A program made the translations under genes and the position numbers. Shown piece after piece: positions 19,458-27,436 of a stretch of 64,000 nt of DNA. Under the pieces are notes generated by a model, which ran no database searches, had not been told where the DNA came from, and was given only the letters and a program-made list of their open reading frames with translations. Each line of letters starts with the position of its first letter. Position 1 is the stretch's first letter. This DNA comes from Dehalococcoidia bacterium (lineage in GTDB: Bacteria > Chloroflexota > Dehalococcoidia > GIF9 > AB-539-J10): assembly GCA_030615625.1 (NCBI GenBank), contig JAUWYX010000002.1:185918-249917 (forward strand). Direction: 5' to 3'.

Positions 19458-19838
19458 ATGGCAATGAGAAATTTCGCGAAGTTGTTTAAAGCTCTGTCTG
19501 ATGAGACCAGGATTAGAATCCTGAAAGTCCTCCTGGAAAGAGAGTGCTGTGTCTGTGAGGTTATGCAGGCATTGGACATCTCTCAGACTAGAGCGTCACG
19601 TAATTTGGCTGTACTTTACGAGGCCGGTTTTCTTAAACTGCGAAAGGATGGACTTTGGTCACTCTACTCCATTGATAGGGATACCATGAATGAACACTTA
19701 GCCGATTTGGTACAGGTAGTAACTAAGGCTCTGAAAGGTAACAAGGCGCTTGAACAGGATCGAGAGCGCTTGAGGAAAGCAGTACGGGTGGGCCCCAGTC
19801 GTGCTGAAAAGATGCATGGAGAAAAAACCATCGCATAA
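19458..19838 (+). CDS. arsR: ArsR/SmtB-family metalloregulator (second copy)
   Basis: ECCVCEVMQALDISQTRASRNLAVLYEAGFL carries the CVC metal-site motif. Confidence 0.8.
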   Translation: MAMRNFAKLFKALSDETRIRILKVLLERECCVCEVMQALDISQTRASRNLAVLYEAGFLKLRKDGLWSLYSIDRDTMNEHLADLVQVVTKALKGNKALEQDRERLRKAVRVGPSRAEKMHGEKTIA

Positions 19839-19845
19839 TTTTTTT

Positions 19846-19873
19846 ACGCATTTTATATGCGTTAATGCGCATT
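19846..19873 (+). promoter_or_regulatory. Two adjacent palindromes between arsR2 and the permease gene
   Basis: ACGCAT-TTTAT-ATGCGT (19846-19862) and the perfect 10-bp palindrome AATGCGCATT (19864-19873). Confidence 0.35.
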
Positions 19874-19880
19874 ATAGGAA

Positions 19881-20927
19881 ATGATTAGCATGTCGATTCT
19901 AATGCAATTATTACAGGGGGGTTGGAATGCTCTACTTGAGTACTTGTCAGCGCATGTATTGACCTGTCTTGTTCCGGCATTCTTCATTGCAGGAGCCATC
20001 GCAGTTTTTATCTCGCAGGCATCGGTGTTGAAATATTTCGGCCCACAGGCAAAGAAGCTCCTTTCATACAGCGTCGCCTCGGTTTCAGGAACTATTCTGG
20101 CCGTCTGTTCCTGCACGGTCCTGCCTTTATTCGGCGGCATCTACAAGAGAGGCGCTGGTATAGGTCCCGCAGTTGCGTTCCTTTACTCAGGTCCTGCAAT
20201 CAATGTCCTGGCTATTGTCTATACTGCGCGTATTCTCGGTTTTGACCTGGGACTGGCCAGAGCAATAGGCGCGGTCGTATTCGCTGCTGGCATCGGCCTG
20301 ATCATGGCAATGATTTACCGCAAGGAAGAGCCATTAAAAGACTCAGTAGCATTCGATGCGCTGATGGCTAACCCTGAATCTAAGAAATGGTGGCAGCAGA
20401 TTATTTTCTTCGCTGTCCTAGTAGGCATATTAATCTTTGCTGCCTTGAAGAACTGGATCGTAACTGGTGTTCTGCTGGTGGTCCTGGGCTTTATACTCTG
20501 GCGCTGGTTCACCAAGGGCGAACTCGGTATGTGGATGAAGGAGACGCTACACTTTGTTCGCCTTATTGTCCCCTGGCTACTGGTGGGAGTGTTTGCCGCA
20601 GGTATTATCACCACCTTTGTTCCTCAGGATATAGTTACCAGCTGGGTAGGCAGCAACAGTCTCTTTGCAAACTTTACTGCTTCCTTAGTGGGCGCACTAA
20701 TGTACTTTGCTACCCTTACTGAAGTTCCCATAATTCAAGCATTTATGGACTTGGGTATGGGCAAAGGCCCGTCATTGGCATTACTCCTTGCTGGCCCGGC
20801 TTTATCGTTACCTAACATGCTGGTTATCCGCAGTATTATGGGAACAAAGAAGACTCTTACTTACATCGCCTTGGTAGTGATATTTGCTACTATCACAGGT
20901 TATATCTTTGGACTTATTACGCAATAA
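19881..20927 (+). CDS. COG0701-family permease (ArsP-like)
   Basis: Polytopic membrane protein with blocks CSCTVLPLFGG, YSGPAINV and EVPIIQAF. Confidence 0.7.
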   Translation: MISMSILMQLLQGGWNALLEYLSAHVLTCLVPAFFIAGAIAVFISQASVLKYFGPQAKKLLSYSVASVSGTILAVCSCTVLPLFGGIYKRGAGIGPAVAFLYSGPAINVLAIVYTARILGFDLGLARAIGAVVFAAGIGLIMAMIYRKEEPLKDSVAFDALMANPESKKWWQQIIFFAVLVGILIFAALKNWIVTGVLLVVLGFILWRWFTKGELGMWMKETLHFVRLIVPWLLVGVFAAGIITTFVPQDIVTSWVGSNSLFANFTASLVGALMYFATLTEVPIIQAFMDLGMGKGPSLALLLAGPALSLPNMLVIRSIMGTKKTLTYIALVVIFATITGYIFGLITQ

Positions 20928-20947
20928 ATAGAATCAGGAGGTTAAAA

Positions 20948-21211
20948 ATGAATATCAAGATTCTCGGCCCCGGTTGCGCTAGATGTCACCAGTTGGAGAA
21001 GACCACCAAGGAGGTGGTAAAAGAGCTGGGCATTGATGCCGCTGTAGAAGAGGTCAAGGATATCAATAAAATAGTGGAGTATGCAATCCTGACCACTCCT
21101 GGATTGGTAATCGACGAAGAGTTGGTCTGTGCTGGGCGGGTGCCCACGAAGGCAGAGCTTACTCAGTTAATTGCTAACGCCCTAACCAAAGAAGATAAAA
21201 CTGGGAGATAG
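20948..21211 (+). CDS. Small thioredoxin-fold protein (redox-active disulfide protein 2 type)
   Basis: 87 aa. MNIKILGPGCARCHQL has a CxxC near the N-terminus and TTPGLVIDEELV follows. This protein is a typical neighbour of COG0701 permeases. Confidence 0.75.
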   Translation: MNIKILGPGCARCHQLEKTTKEVVKELGIDAAVEEVKDINKIVEYAILTTPGLVIDEELVCAGRVPTKAELTQLIANALTKEDKTGR

Positions 21212-21260
21212 AAGATTAATCTTGGTACAGGAGCCGTGCAAAGTATACAGGGAGGTAAAA

Positions 21261-21530
21261 ATGGCAGGAGAGAAACCATGTTGTGCCGCAGCCGCAGCTG
21301 CGGCAAGGATGGTAAAGAAACTGATCTTGCCCGGCGGTTTCCAAGTGGGCATCTCAAACCTGGAGAATATTCTTAAAGAGGTCGCTGACCTGAAGCTAGT
21401 TGATAATGAAACTATCAAAAAGGAATTGCTTAAAAGGGTCAAGATTTACAATTATGTTGCGCCTAGTGCAGATAATGAGTATTCAGAGGCATTGTTCAAC
21501 GAGTATAAGCGCCAATACGGGAAAAGATGA
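21261..21530 (+). CDS. Small hypothetical protein with N-terminal Cys-Cys/poly-Ala motif
   Basis: ATG at 21261 after CAGGGAGG, MAGEKPCCAAAAAAARM. No family was recognised. Confidence 0.45.
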   Translation: MAGEKPCCAAAAAAARMVKKLILPGGFQVGISNLENILKEVADLKLVDNETIKKELLKRVKIYNYVAPSADNEYSEALFNEYKRQYGKR

Positions 21531-21664
21531 ACAACGAGATGAACCGAGTAGTGAAAGAACTTAAACTGGAAAAAACAGCTACCGAGTGCTTGCCAGCAAT
21601 TCCGCTGGGGGTAGTTCCTCCAGGCGCTGGAATTTATGCCAGAATAAAAATGGAAGGTATATGA
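21527..21664 (+). CDS. Unlisted 45-aa micro-ORF, ATGA-coupled on both sides
   Basis: MNNEMNRVVKELKLEKTATECLPAIPLGVVPPGAGIYARIKMEGI. Its start ATG overlaps the TGA of the upstream ORF, and its TGA overlaps the ATG at 21661. Confidence 0.35.
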   Translation: MNNEMNRVVKELKLEKTATECLPAIPLGVVPPGAGIYARIKMEGI

Positions 21665-22188
21665 TGCTTCTTCATGACTACGAGATAACCAAAGTCAGGC
21701 GCAATTTATGCAATCCAGAATGGATTGTGTCAACAGCCGAGCTTAGCGATGACATCAGCGAGGTCTTCCCCTATCTTAATGCTGTCGTTAAAAATGCCGT
21801 ATATACCCCTGAAGCCCAAAACTTCAATTTCAAAATGGACGCAGGGGCCATAAGCCTTATGCCCCGCGAGATGATTGTGGGACAGGTGACATGTGAGGAG
21901 GATGCTATAAAGGTTCTGGATTATGTCAAAAAGGTGATAAACGATACCTGGGAAAGACGAACAAGAATCACCCCTATTTATGAGAGGAAGGAAGAGATAA
22001 AGGCGAAGGATATACTTGACTTTCTGCCCAAGACCGACTGTCGCGATTGTGGACTACCCGCGTGCTTTGCTTTTGCCGTAGCTTTGCTGAAGGGGCAAAA
22101 ACGCTTGAGTGACTGCCCCGCCTTAAGTAAAGTAGAATTTGCTCAAGATAAAGAAGCGCTGGCCAGGCTGCTCCAGACAGTTGCTTAG
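21661..22188 (+). CDS. (Fe-S)-binding protein with C-terminal 4Fe-4S 'FeS' domain
   Basis: Start trimmed to the ATG at 21661. LPKTDCRDCGLPACFAFAVALL resembles the RnfB / corrinoid Fe-S protein N-terminal cluster motif. Confidence 0.6.
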   Translation: MMLLHDYEITKVRRNLCNPEWIVSTAELSDDISEVFPYLNAVVKNAVYTPEAQNFNFKMDAGAISLMPREMIVGQVTCEEDAIKVLDYVKKVINDTWERRTRITPIYERKEEIKAKDILDFLPKTDCRDCGLPACFAFAVALLKGQKRLSDCPALSKVEFAQDKEALARLLQTVA

Positions 22189-22199
22189 GAGGAGGGATA

Positions 22200-23252
22200 A
22201 TGCCTGAAAAGGAACGAAAACTCGGTATCTGGGGAAAGTTTCTGACTTTATGGGTGGCTTTATGTATTGGGGCCGGGATTGGGCTAGGACGGTTGTTCCC
22301 ACAACTTTCCGATATGCTGGCTAGACTCGAGGTGGCAGGTATTTCTATACCGATTGCCATACTACTTTTTGCCATGATTTATCCCATTATGGTTCAGATA
22401 AGCTGGGAGGAGATTACAAAAGCAATCCGGTCGCCCAAGCCGATCGGGCTCACTCTGTTTGCTAACTGGGCAGTAAAACCCTTCACAATGGCTTTCTTCG
22501 CCTGGTTGTTCTTAAGCCTTATTTTCGGCAGGTTCCTTACCCCCGAGCAGATTGAACAATACCGCGCCGGAACAATATTGCTTGGTGTTGCCCCGTGCAC
22601 TGCCATGGTGCTGGTCTGGAGCTATCTGGCCAAAGGCAATATGGGGCATACCCTGGTAATGACCGCAATCAATTCACTCAGCATGGTCGTACTCTATGCC
22701 CCACTGGCCGTTTTACTGCTCGGAATTTCCGGTATAAGGGTACCCTGGGATACTATTGCCCTTTCTGTGGCTATTTACATCGTAATACCTTTGATAGCAG
22801 GTTATTTGACCCGCAGGTGGACCATACAGAAAAAGGGGCTGGAATGGTTTGAAAGCAAGCTGGAGCCTAATCTGGGGAAGGTCTCGGTAATTGCCCTGCT
22901 CATCACATTGGTTGTCCTGTTCATCTATCAGGGTCATATAATTGTTGAGTTGCCAGCCATAGTCGGCATGATAACTCTGGCTATCCTGGTAAATATCCTG
23001 GTGGTCTTTGGCATCACCTATCTGGCCGCCCGCATTATGAAACTCAGATATGCTGACGCTATACCAGCCGCCATCATCGCCGGCAGCAATCATTTTGAAG
23101 TCGCCATAGCCGTCGCCACAACCCTCTTTGGAGTAGCATCAGGCGCAGCTCTTGCTACAGTAGTGGGCGTGCTGACTGAAGTTCCCATAATGCTGTTCCT
23201 GGTATGGATTTCACTTTTAACCAGAAAGACTTTTCCAAAGCATTTACAATAG
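22200..23252 (+). CDS. acr3: Arsenite efflux transporter, ACR3 family
   Basis: LGIWGKFLTLWVALCIGAGIGLG, PIAILLFAMIYPIMV, GVAPCTAMVLVWS and about 10 TM segments. Confidence 0.85.
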   Translation: MPEKERKLGIWGKFLTLWVALCIGAGIGLGRLFPQLSDMLARLEVAGISIPIAILLFAMIYPIMVQISWEEITKAIRSPKPIGLTLFANWAVKPFTMAFFAWLFLSLIFGRFLTPEQIEQYRAGTILLGVAPCTAMVLVWSYLAKGNMGHTLVMTAINSLSMVVLYAPLAVLLLGISGIRVPWDTIALSVAIYIVIPLIAGYLTRRWTIQKKGLEWFESKLEPNLGKVSVIALLITLVVLFIYQGHIIVELPAIVGMITLAILVNILVVFGITYLAARIMKLRYADAIPAAIIAGSNHFEVAIAVATTLFGVASGAALATVVGVLTEVPIMLFLVWISLLTRKTFPKHLQ

Positions 23253-23392
23253 TATTAGATATCTGAATACGATGGGAAAGGAGCCTGCAAAGAAATCGAG
23301 CACATAGTTTCCATCACCCTTATAAGAGTGGGAATATATGTGATACAGTGGATACAGGCTTGAACGAAAGAAACTTCAAGAGGGAGAAACTA

Positions 23393-23866
23393 ATGAACAA
23401 AAAAAGACTTCTACTAATTATAGTAATTGTGGCGGCAGCAGTGCTACTTGCGATCCTATTTGACTCGATGCTAGCCAACCATCAGTCAAATTCAGACGCC
23501 GCTTCAAACAATTCTTCAGGCCCGGCTGACAGGGTCGAGGTTGTTTACTTTCACCGCACACAGCGCTGCCCCACTTGTATATATGCCGAAGAAGGGACAC
23601 GCTATACCTTAGAAACCTACTTTGCAGATGAGCTGGATAGCGGCAGGGTGACTTTCCAATCCATCAATGTAGAGGACGAGGAAAACGCTGACATCGTTGA
23701 GAGATATAATAACCCTTCATATTTAACCCTGTGCATTAACACTGTGAGAGATGGCACTGACCACATCGAACAGGTAACAGACATCTGGTTTGTCATTGGT
23801 GATGACGAGGCGTTTGTCGAAATAGTGAAGAGCAAGATTGAGAAAAGCCTCAATGGAGAGGCGTGA
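23393..23866 (+). CDS. Membrane-anchored thioredoxin-like protein (possibly ArsF-like)
   Basis: ATG at 23393 after AGAGGGAG, a TM anchor, and VVYFHRTQRCPTCIY (CxxC). The ArsF assignment is from memory of family names only. Confidence 0.45.
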   Translation: MNKKRLLLIIVIVAAAVLLAILFDSMLANHQSNSDAASNNSSGPADRVEVVYFHRTQRCPTCIYAEEGTRYTLETYFADELDSGRVTFQSINVEDEENADIVERYNNPSYLTLCINTVRDGTDHIEQVTDIWFVIGDDEAFVEIVKSKIEKSLNGEA

Positions 23867-24570
23867 TGGATTTGGGTGGCATTACGGGAAACCTCAATAT
23901 CCCGGTGCTCTCAGCACTGCTTCTGGGGTTGATAACCGCCATCAGTCCCTGTCCTCTGGCTACCAACATTGCTGCCATAGCATATGTTAGCCGTAGAGTG
24001 AAAGAGCGCAGATACGCTGTTATAACTGGAACGCTTTATACGCTGGGGCGCATGTTTTCTTATTCCATCATTGGCGCCCTGATAATTGTGGCTGGCCTTG
24101 AGGTGCCCGGATTAGCTTCATTCCTTCAGGATTTCGGTGAACAAGTCCTGGGGCCACTTCTGATAGTGGTAGGGGTGATAATGCTGAGTATAAACAGGAT
24201 GCCTTTTAGTTTGAGAGGAGGAAGATTGTCTTCAATAGGAGGAAAGGTCGCCGACTGGGGGATGATTGGTGGATTCCTGTTAGGTGCTCTTTTTGCCCTT
24301 GCCTTTTGCCCTTATAGCGCTGTCCTATTCTTTGGAGTATTGATACCTCTGTCCCTTAAATCCGCTGGCGGTGTGACACTGCCTGCGGTGTTTGCCATTG
24401 GCACCGGGCTACCTGTTTTAATATTCGGCGTGCTTATATCCGCTGGTGTAGCCAGGGTTTCTACCTGGCTTAACGCGGTCACCCGCGCTGAGAAAATCAT
24501 TCGTGTGGCAGTTTCCATTATCTTCATAGGGGTGGGAATATACCTTGTCGTGCTCTGGATACAGAGCTGA
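23866..24570 (+). CDS. DsbD/CcdA-like polytopic thiol-disulfide membrane protein (possibly ArsG-like)
   Basis: SPCPLATNIAAIAYV and FCPYSAVLFFGVL motifs, 6 TM segments, and a start overlapping the upstream stop (TGATG). Confidence 0.5.
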   Translation: MDLGGITGNLNIPVLSALLLGLITAISPCPLATNIAAIAYVSRRVKERRYAVITGTLYTLGRMFSYSIIGALIIVAGLEVPGLASFLQDFGEQVLGPLLIVVGVIMLSINRMPFSLRGGRLSSIGGKVADWGMIGGFLLGALFALAFCPYSAVLFFGVLIPLSLKSAGGVTLPAVFAIGTGLPVLIFGVLISAGVARVSTWLNAVTRAEKIIRVAVSIIFIGVGIYLVVLWIQS

Positions 24571-24579
24571 GCGTTAGTT

Positions 24580-24740
24580 CGTTGGGGAAGTTGAAAGAAG
24601 GTGCTACTCTCAGTGCAAGCAGCGGGCTGCTCTCTGAAGCCTTGATTAGCAGGGGTAAGTGTCGCCTTGAGGAATGCCCTATTTTGGACCAGCCTGAGTT
24701 TGCCACCGACCGGCAGGCTTTAGCTAAACTATTAGAGTAA
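24580..24740 (+). pseudogene. Remnant of the 3' end of a second (Fe-S)-binding protein gene
   Basis: The translation ...ALISRGKCRLEECPILDQPEFATDRQALAKLLE* aligns with ALLKGQKRLSDCPALSKVEFAQDKEALARLLQ of ORF 21661..22188. The upstream cluster cysteines are lost. Confidence 0.65.
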
Positions 24741-24755
24741 AGGCGGAAGTGATAA

Positions 24756-24875
24756 ATGTCCCGAGAAACAGAGCGGAGGCTTGGGGTTTGAGAGAAATAC
24801 CTGAGCTTATGGGTAGCGCTTTGCATTGGCGCTGGGATAGGACTAGGGAAAGTTTTCCCAAGATGCCGGAGGTAA
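24756..24875 (+). pseudogene. acr3: Remnant of the 5' end of a second acr3 gene with in-frame TGA
   Basis: MSRETERRLGV*EKYLSLWVALCIGAGIGLGKVFP compares with EKERKLGIWGKFLTLWVALCIGAGIGLGRLFP. TGG has become TGA at 24789-24791, and the remnant is truncated after about 38 codons. Confidence 0.75.
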
Positions 24876-24879
24876 ATAG

Positions 24880-25878
24880 TTGGTAGTCCAGTATCTTATA
24901 GCATTCAAGGTTTATCTCATCGACGTATTGCCCTTTCTGGCAATAGGGTTCCTACTGAGTGGCTTAATTCACGAATTCGTGCCCTCAGCATGGGTGGAGA
25001 GACACCTTGGTGGAGGGGGAATAAAGCCCATCCTTTACTCCACCCTCGCCGGGACAATCCTTCCCATCTGCTGTTTGGGCTCCCTCCCGGTGGCGGTGAG
25101 TCTGCACCAGAAAGGGGCGAGGTTAGGACCAGTTCTAGCTTTCCTGGTGGCAACGCCAGCCACCTCCATAACTGCCCTTCTGGTCACCTATGGTCTCCTG
25201 GGATTAAATTTCACCATATTCATCTTCTTTGCCGTGATAGCCATGGGTTTAGTCATGGGCCTGGTGGGAAATCTCATCAAGGTCAGACCTAAGGTTTTTA
25301 TTCCTCAAGAGCAACAGGCTCTCGATCCAGTTTGCGGGATGAGTGTCGAAGTGGGGAAGGCGGCTAAAACAGAATATGGCGGGGAGACATATTACTTTTG
25401 CTGTTCCCATTGCCAGCAAGCCTTTGAAAGTAGGCCAGAGGAATATGTAGGAGCTTATTCTCGGAATATTGCTCACCGAATAAAGCATGCGTTCAGATAT
25501 GCCTTTGTGGATATGGTCAAGGAAATTGGGCCGGAGTTGCTTCTGGGTCTGGCCCTGGCAGCTTTGGTAGTAGCGGTGGCTCCGGTGGGGGAGTTCGTTG
25601 GCGCTCATTTCGGTGGGGGATTGGGGTATCTTTTCAGCCTTGGCTTTGGCTTAATCATGTATATCTGCTCCACAGCCAGCGTTCCCCTGGTCCACGCCTT
25701 CGTGTCGCAGGGAATGAATATCGGCGCAGGAATGGTGCTCCTATTGGTGGGGCCGATTACCAGTTGGGGCACTATTCTGGTTCTGCGAAAGGAATTCGGC
25801 GGCAGGATTCTGGCTATTTATCTGGCGGTCGTCAGTGTGATGTCTTTGGCTCTGGGATACTGCTTTTCCATGATATAG
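24880..25878 (+). CDS. COG0701 permease with an internal YHS/TRASH metal-binding domain (SO_0444-like Cu/Zn transporter?)
   Basis: TTG start. Permease halves flank DPVCGMSVEVGKAAKTEYGGETYYFCCSHCQQAF. Confidence 0.6.
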   Translation: MVVQYLIAFKVYLIDVLPFLAIGFLLSGLIHEFVPSAWVERHLGGGGIKPILYSTLAGTILPICCLGSLPVAVSLHQKGARLGPVLAFLVATPATSITALLVTYGLLGLNFTIFIFFAVIAMGLVMGLVGNLIKVRPKVFIPQEQQALDPVCGMSVEVGKAAKTEYGGETYYFCCSHCQQAFESRPEEYVGAYSRNIAHRIKHAFRYAFVDMVKEIGPELLLGLALAALVVAVAPVGEFVGAHFGGGLGYLFSLGFGLIMYICSTASVPLVHAFVSQGMNIGAGMVLLLVGPITSWGTILVLRKEFGGRILAIYLAVVSVMSLALGYCFSMI

Positions 25879-25992
25879 CGATGAAATATAGGAGGAGGAA
25901 TACAATCTGTTAATTGTGTATAATAAGGACACGCGATTGCGGGTGGGGCTAACGAGAACCCGATTCTTAAGACGAAAGGAGGTATAGAAAGT

Positions 25993-26148
25993 ATGAAAAT
26001 CGTAAGTCTATGCAGTGAAGGTGGGTGTTGCCCAGTGGTCAAGGTCACAGATGCGCAGGTGGAAATAGGGGAGAAGGATAATACCTGTGTCCTCACCAAA
26101 GAACAGTGGGAGACTCTTAAAGAGAAGATACTCAAGAAAGAACTGTAA
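25993..26148 (+). CDS. Unlisted 51-aa Cys-containing small protein
   Basis: MKIVSLCSEGGCCPVVKVTDAQVEIGEKDNTCVLTKEQWETLKEKILKKEL. A strong RBS AAAGGAGG lies 8 nt upstream. Confidence 0.5.
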   Translation: MKIVSLCSEGGCCPVVKVTDAQVEIGEKDNTCVLTKEQWETLKEKILKKEL

Positions 26149-26205
26149 AACGAGAAACTCAAAGTCAAGCTGATAGCCCCACCCGCTCAAAAAAGATGCT
26201 GCTCA

Positions 26206-26649
26206 ATGGCTAAAATAATTGCCGTCTGTATGAGTGAAGAGAAGGGTACGAAAAAGGAAGCTGTAGTCGAAGGTATCCTTGAGGAAGACTACGGCCTTGT
26301 TGGCGATGCCCACGCTGACTGCTGTACCCATCGGCAGGTGAGCCTGCTGGCGATGGAAAGTATCAATAAAATGAGAAGGCTGGACTTCGAGGTAGGTCCC
26401 GGTGATTTTGCTGAAAATCTCACCACCCAAGGGGTGGAACTCGTCTCCCTGCCTGTAGGCACAAAAATCTCCATTGGAAAGGACGTCCTTCTTGAGGTTA
26501 CCCAGATTGGCAAGGAATGTCATAGCGGGTGTGCAATCTATCAGCAGATAGGCAAATGCATCATGCCTAAAGAAGGAATATTTGCCAGGGTATTTCGTGG
26601 TGGGTTTGTTAAGGCTGAAGACCAGGTAAGGATAGAAAAAAATGGATAA
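26206..26649 (+). CDS. MOSC domain-containing protein
   Basis: GLVGDAHA, HRQVSLLA, PGDFAENLTT and IGKECHSGCAIY are typical of the MOSC beta-barrel. Confidence 0.75.
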   Translation: MAKIIAVCMSEEKGTKKEAVVEGILEEDYGLVGDAHADCCTHRQVSLLAMESINKMRRLDFEVGPGDFAENLTTQGVELVSLPVGTKISIGKDVLLEVTQIGKECHSGCAIYQQIGKCIMPKEGIFARVFRGGFVKAEDQVRIEKNG

Positions 26650-27436
26650 TGGGACAGAGAAGATTTCTATATTGAAGCTTAGTGAAAGAGGGGGCAGCAG
26701 CATTGAAGATGTAGTGGCTAAAGAGTTTCCCCTTACTATCATCTTAAACAACCAGGAGCTGGTAACCTTGCTCTGTTCCCCGACAAATCTAAAGTATTTG
26801 GCGGTCGGTTTCCTTTTCTCGGAGGGATTACTTAAGAGTAAAGATGAGAGTAAGAAGATACTGGTTGATGACCGACGAGGCGTGGTGCGGGTAGAAACTG
26901 AAGGGGATGAAGAGCTTGCCGGTCATGCTTTGTTTAAGAGGTTCATAACTTCAGGATGTGGGAGGGGGGTCTCTTTCTATAGCGCCGCTGATGCTCAAGG
27001 TCAAGTGAGGGTCGAATCTCGGCTTGAAATATCAACTCTCGAGGTCTTAGCTCTAGTGAACGAGTTTCAACATCACTCTCAGATTTATCGGGCGACCGGT
27101 GGTGTGCATAGCGCCGCCTTGTGTGATACCACGAACATCATAGTATTCAGCGAAGATATAGGAAGGCATAATGCCATAGATAAAATTTTTGGCGAATGCC
27201 TTCTAAATGACATAACGACGGATGACCACATAATAATCACCAGCGGAAGGATCTCTTCAGAGATACTGCTCAAGGTAGCCAGAAGAAATGTCCCCATAAT
27301 TGTCTCTAAGTCCGCCCCTACTAGCTTGGGGGTGAGATTAGCTGACGATTTGGGCCTGACCTTGGTGGGCTTCGTCAGAGGAAAGAGGATGAATGTGTAC
27401 ACCCATGCCGGGAGGATAGCCACGGATGGAAAATAG
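26642..27436 (+). CDS. fdhD: Formate dehydrogenase accessory sulfurtransferase FdhD
   Basis: TSGCGRG, ATGGVHSAAL, DIGRHNAIDKI and SGRISSEILLKVA. Confidence 0.85.
   Translation: MDNGTEKISILKLSERGGSSIEDVVAKEFPLTIILNNQELVTLLCSPTNLKYLAVGFLFSEGLLKSKDESKKILVDDRRGVVRVETEGDEELAGHALFKRFITSGCGRGVSFYSAADAQGQVRVESRLEISTLEVLALVNEFQHHSQIYRATGGVHSAALCDTTNIIVFSEDIGRHNAIDKIFGECLLNDITTDDHIIITSGRISSEILLKVARRNVPIIVSKSAPTSLGVRLADDLGLTLVGFVRGKRMNVYTHAGRIATDGK

Noticed and set aside
24524-24826. A 100-aa minus-strand ORF downstream of the DsbD-like gene.
   Set aside because: It lies antisense to the Fe-S and acr3 pseudogene remnants, which explain the sequence better. It has no RBS or motif.
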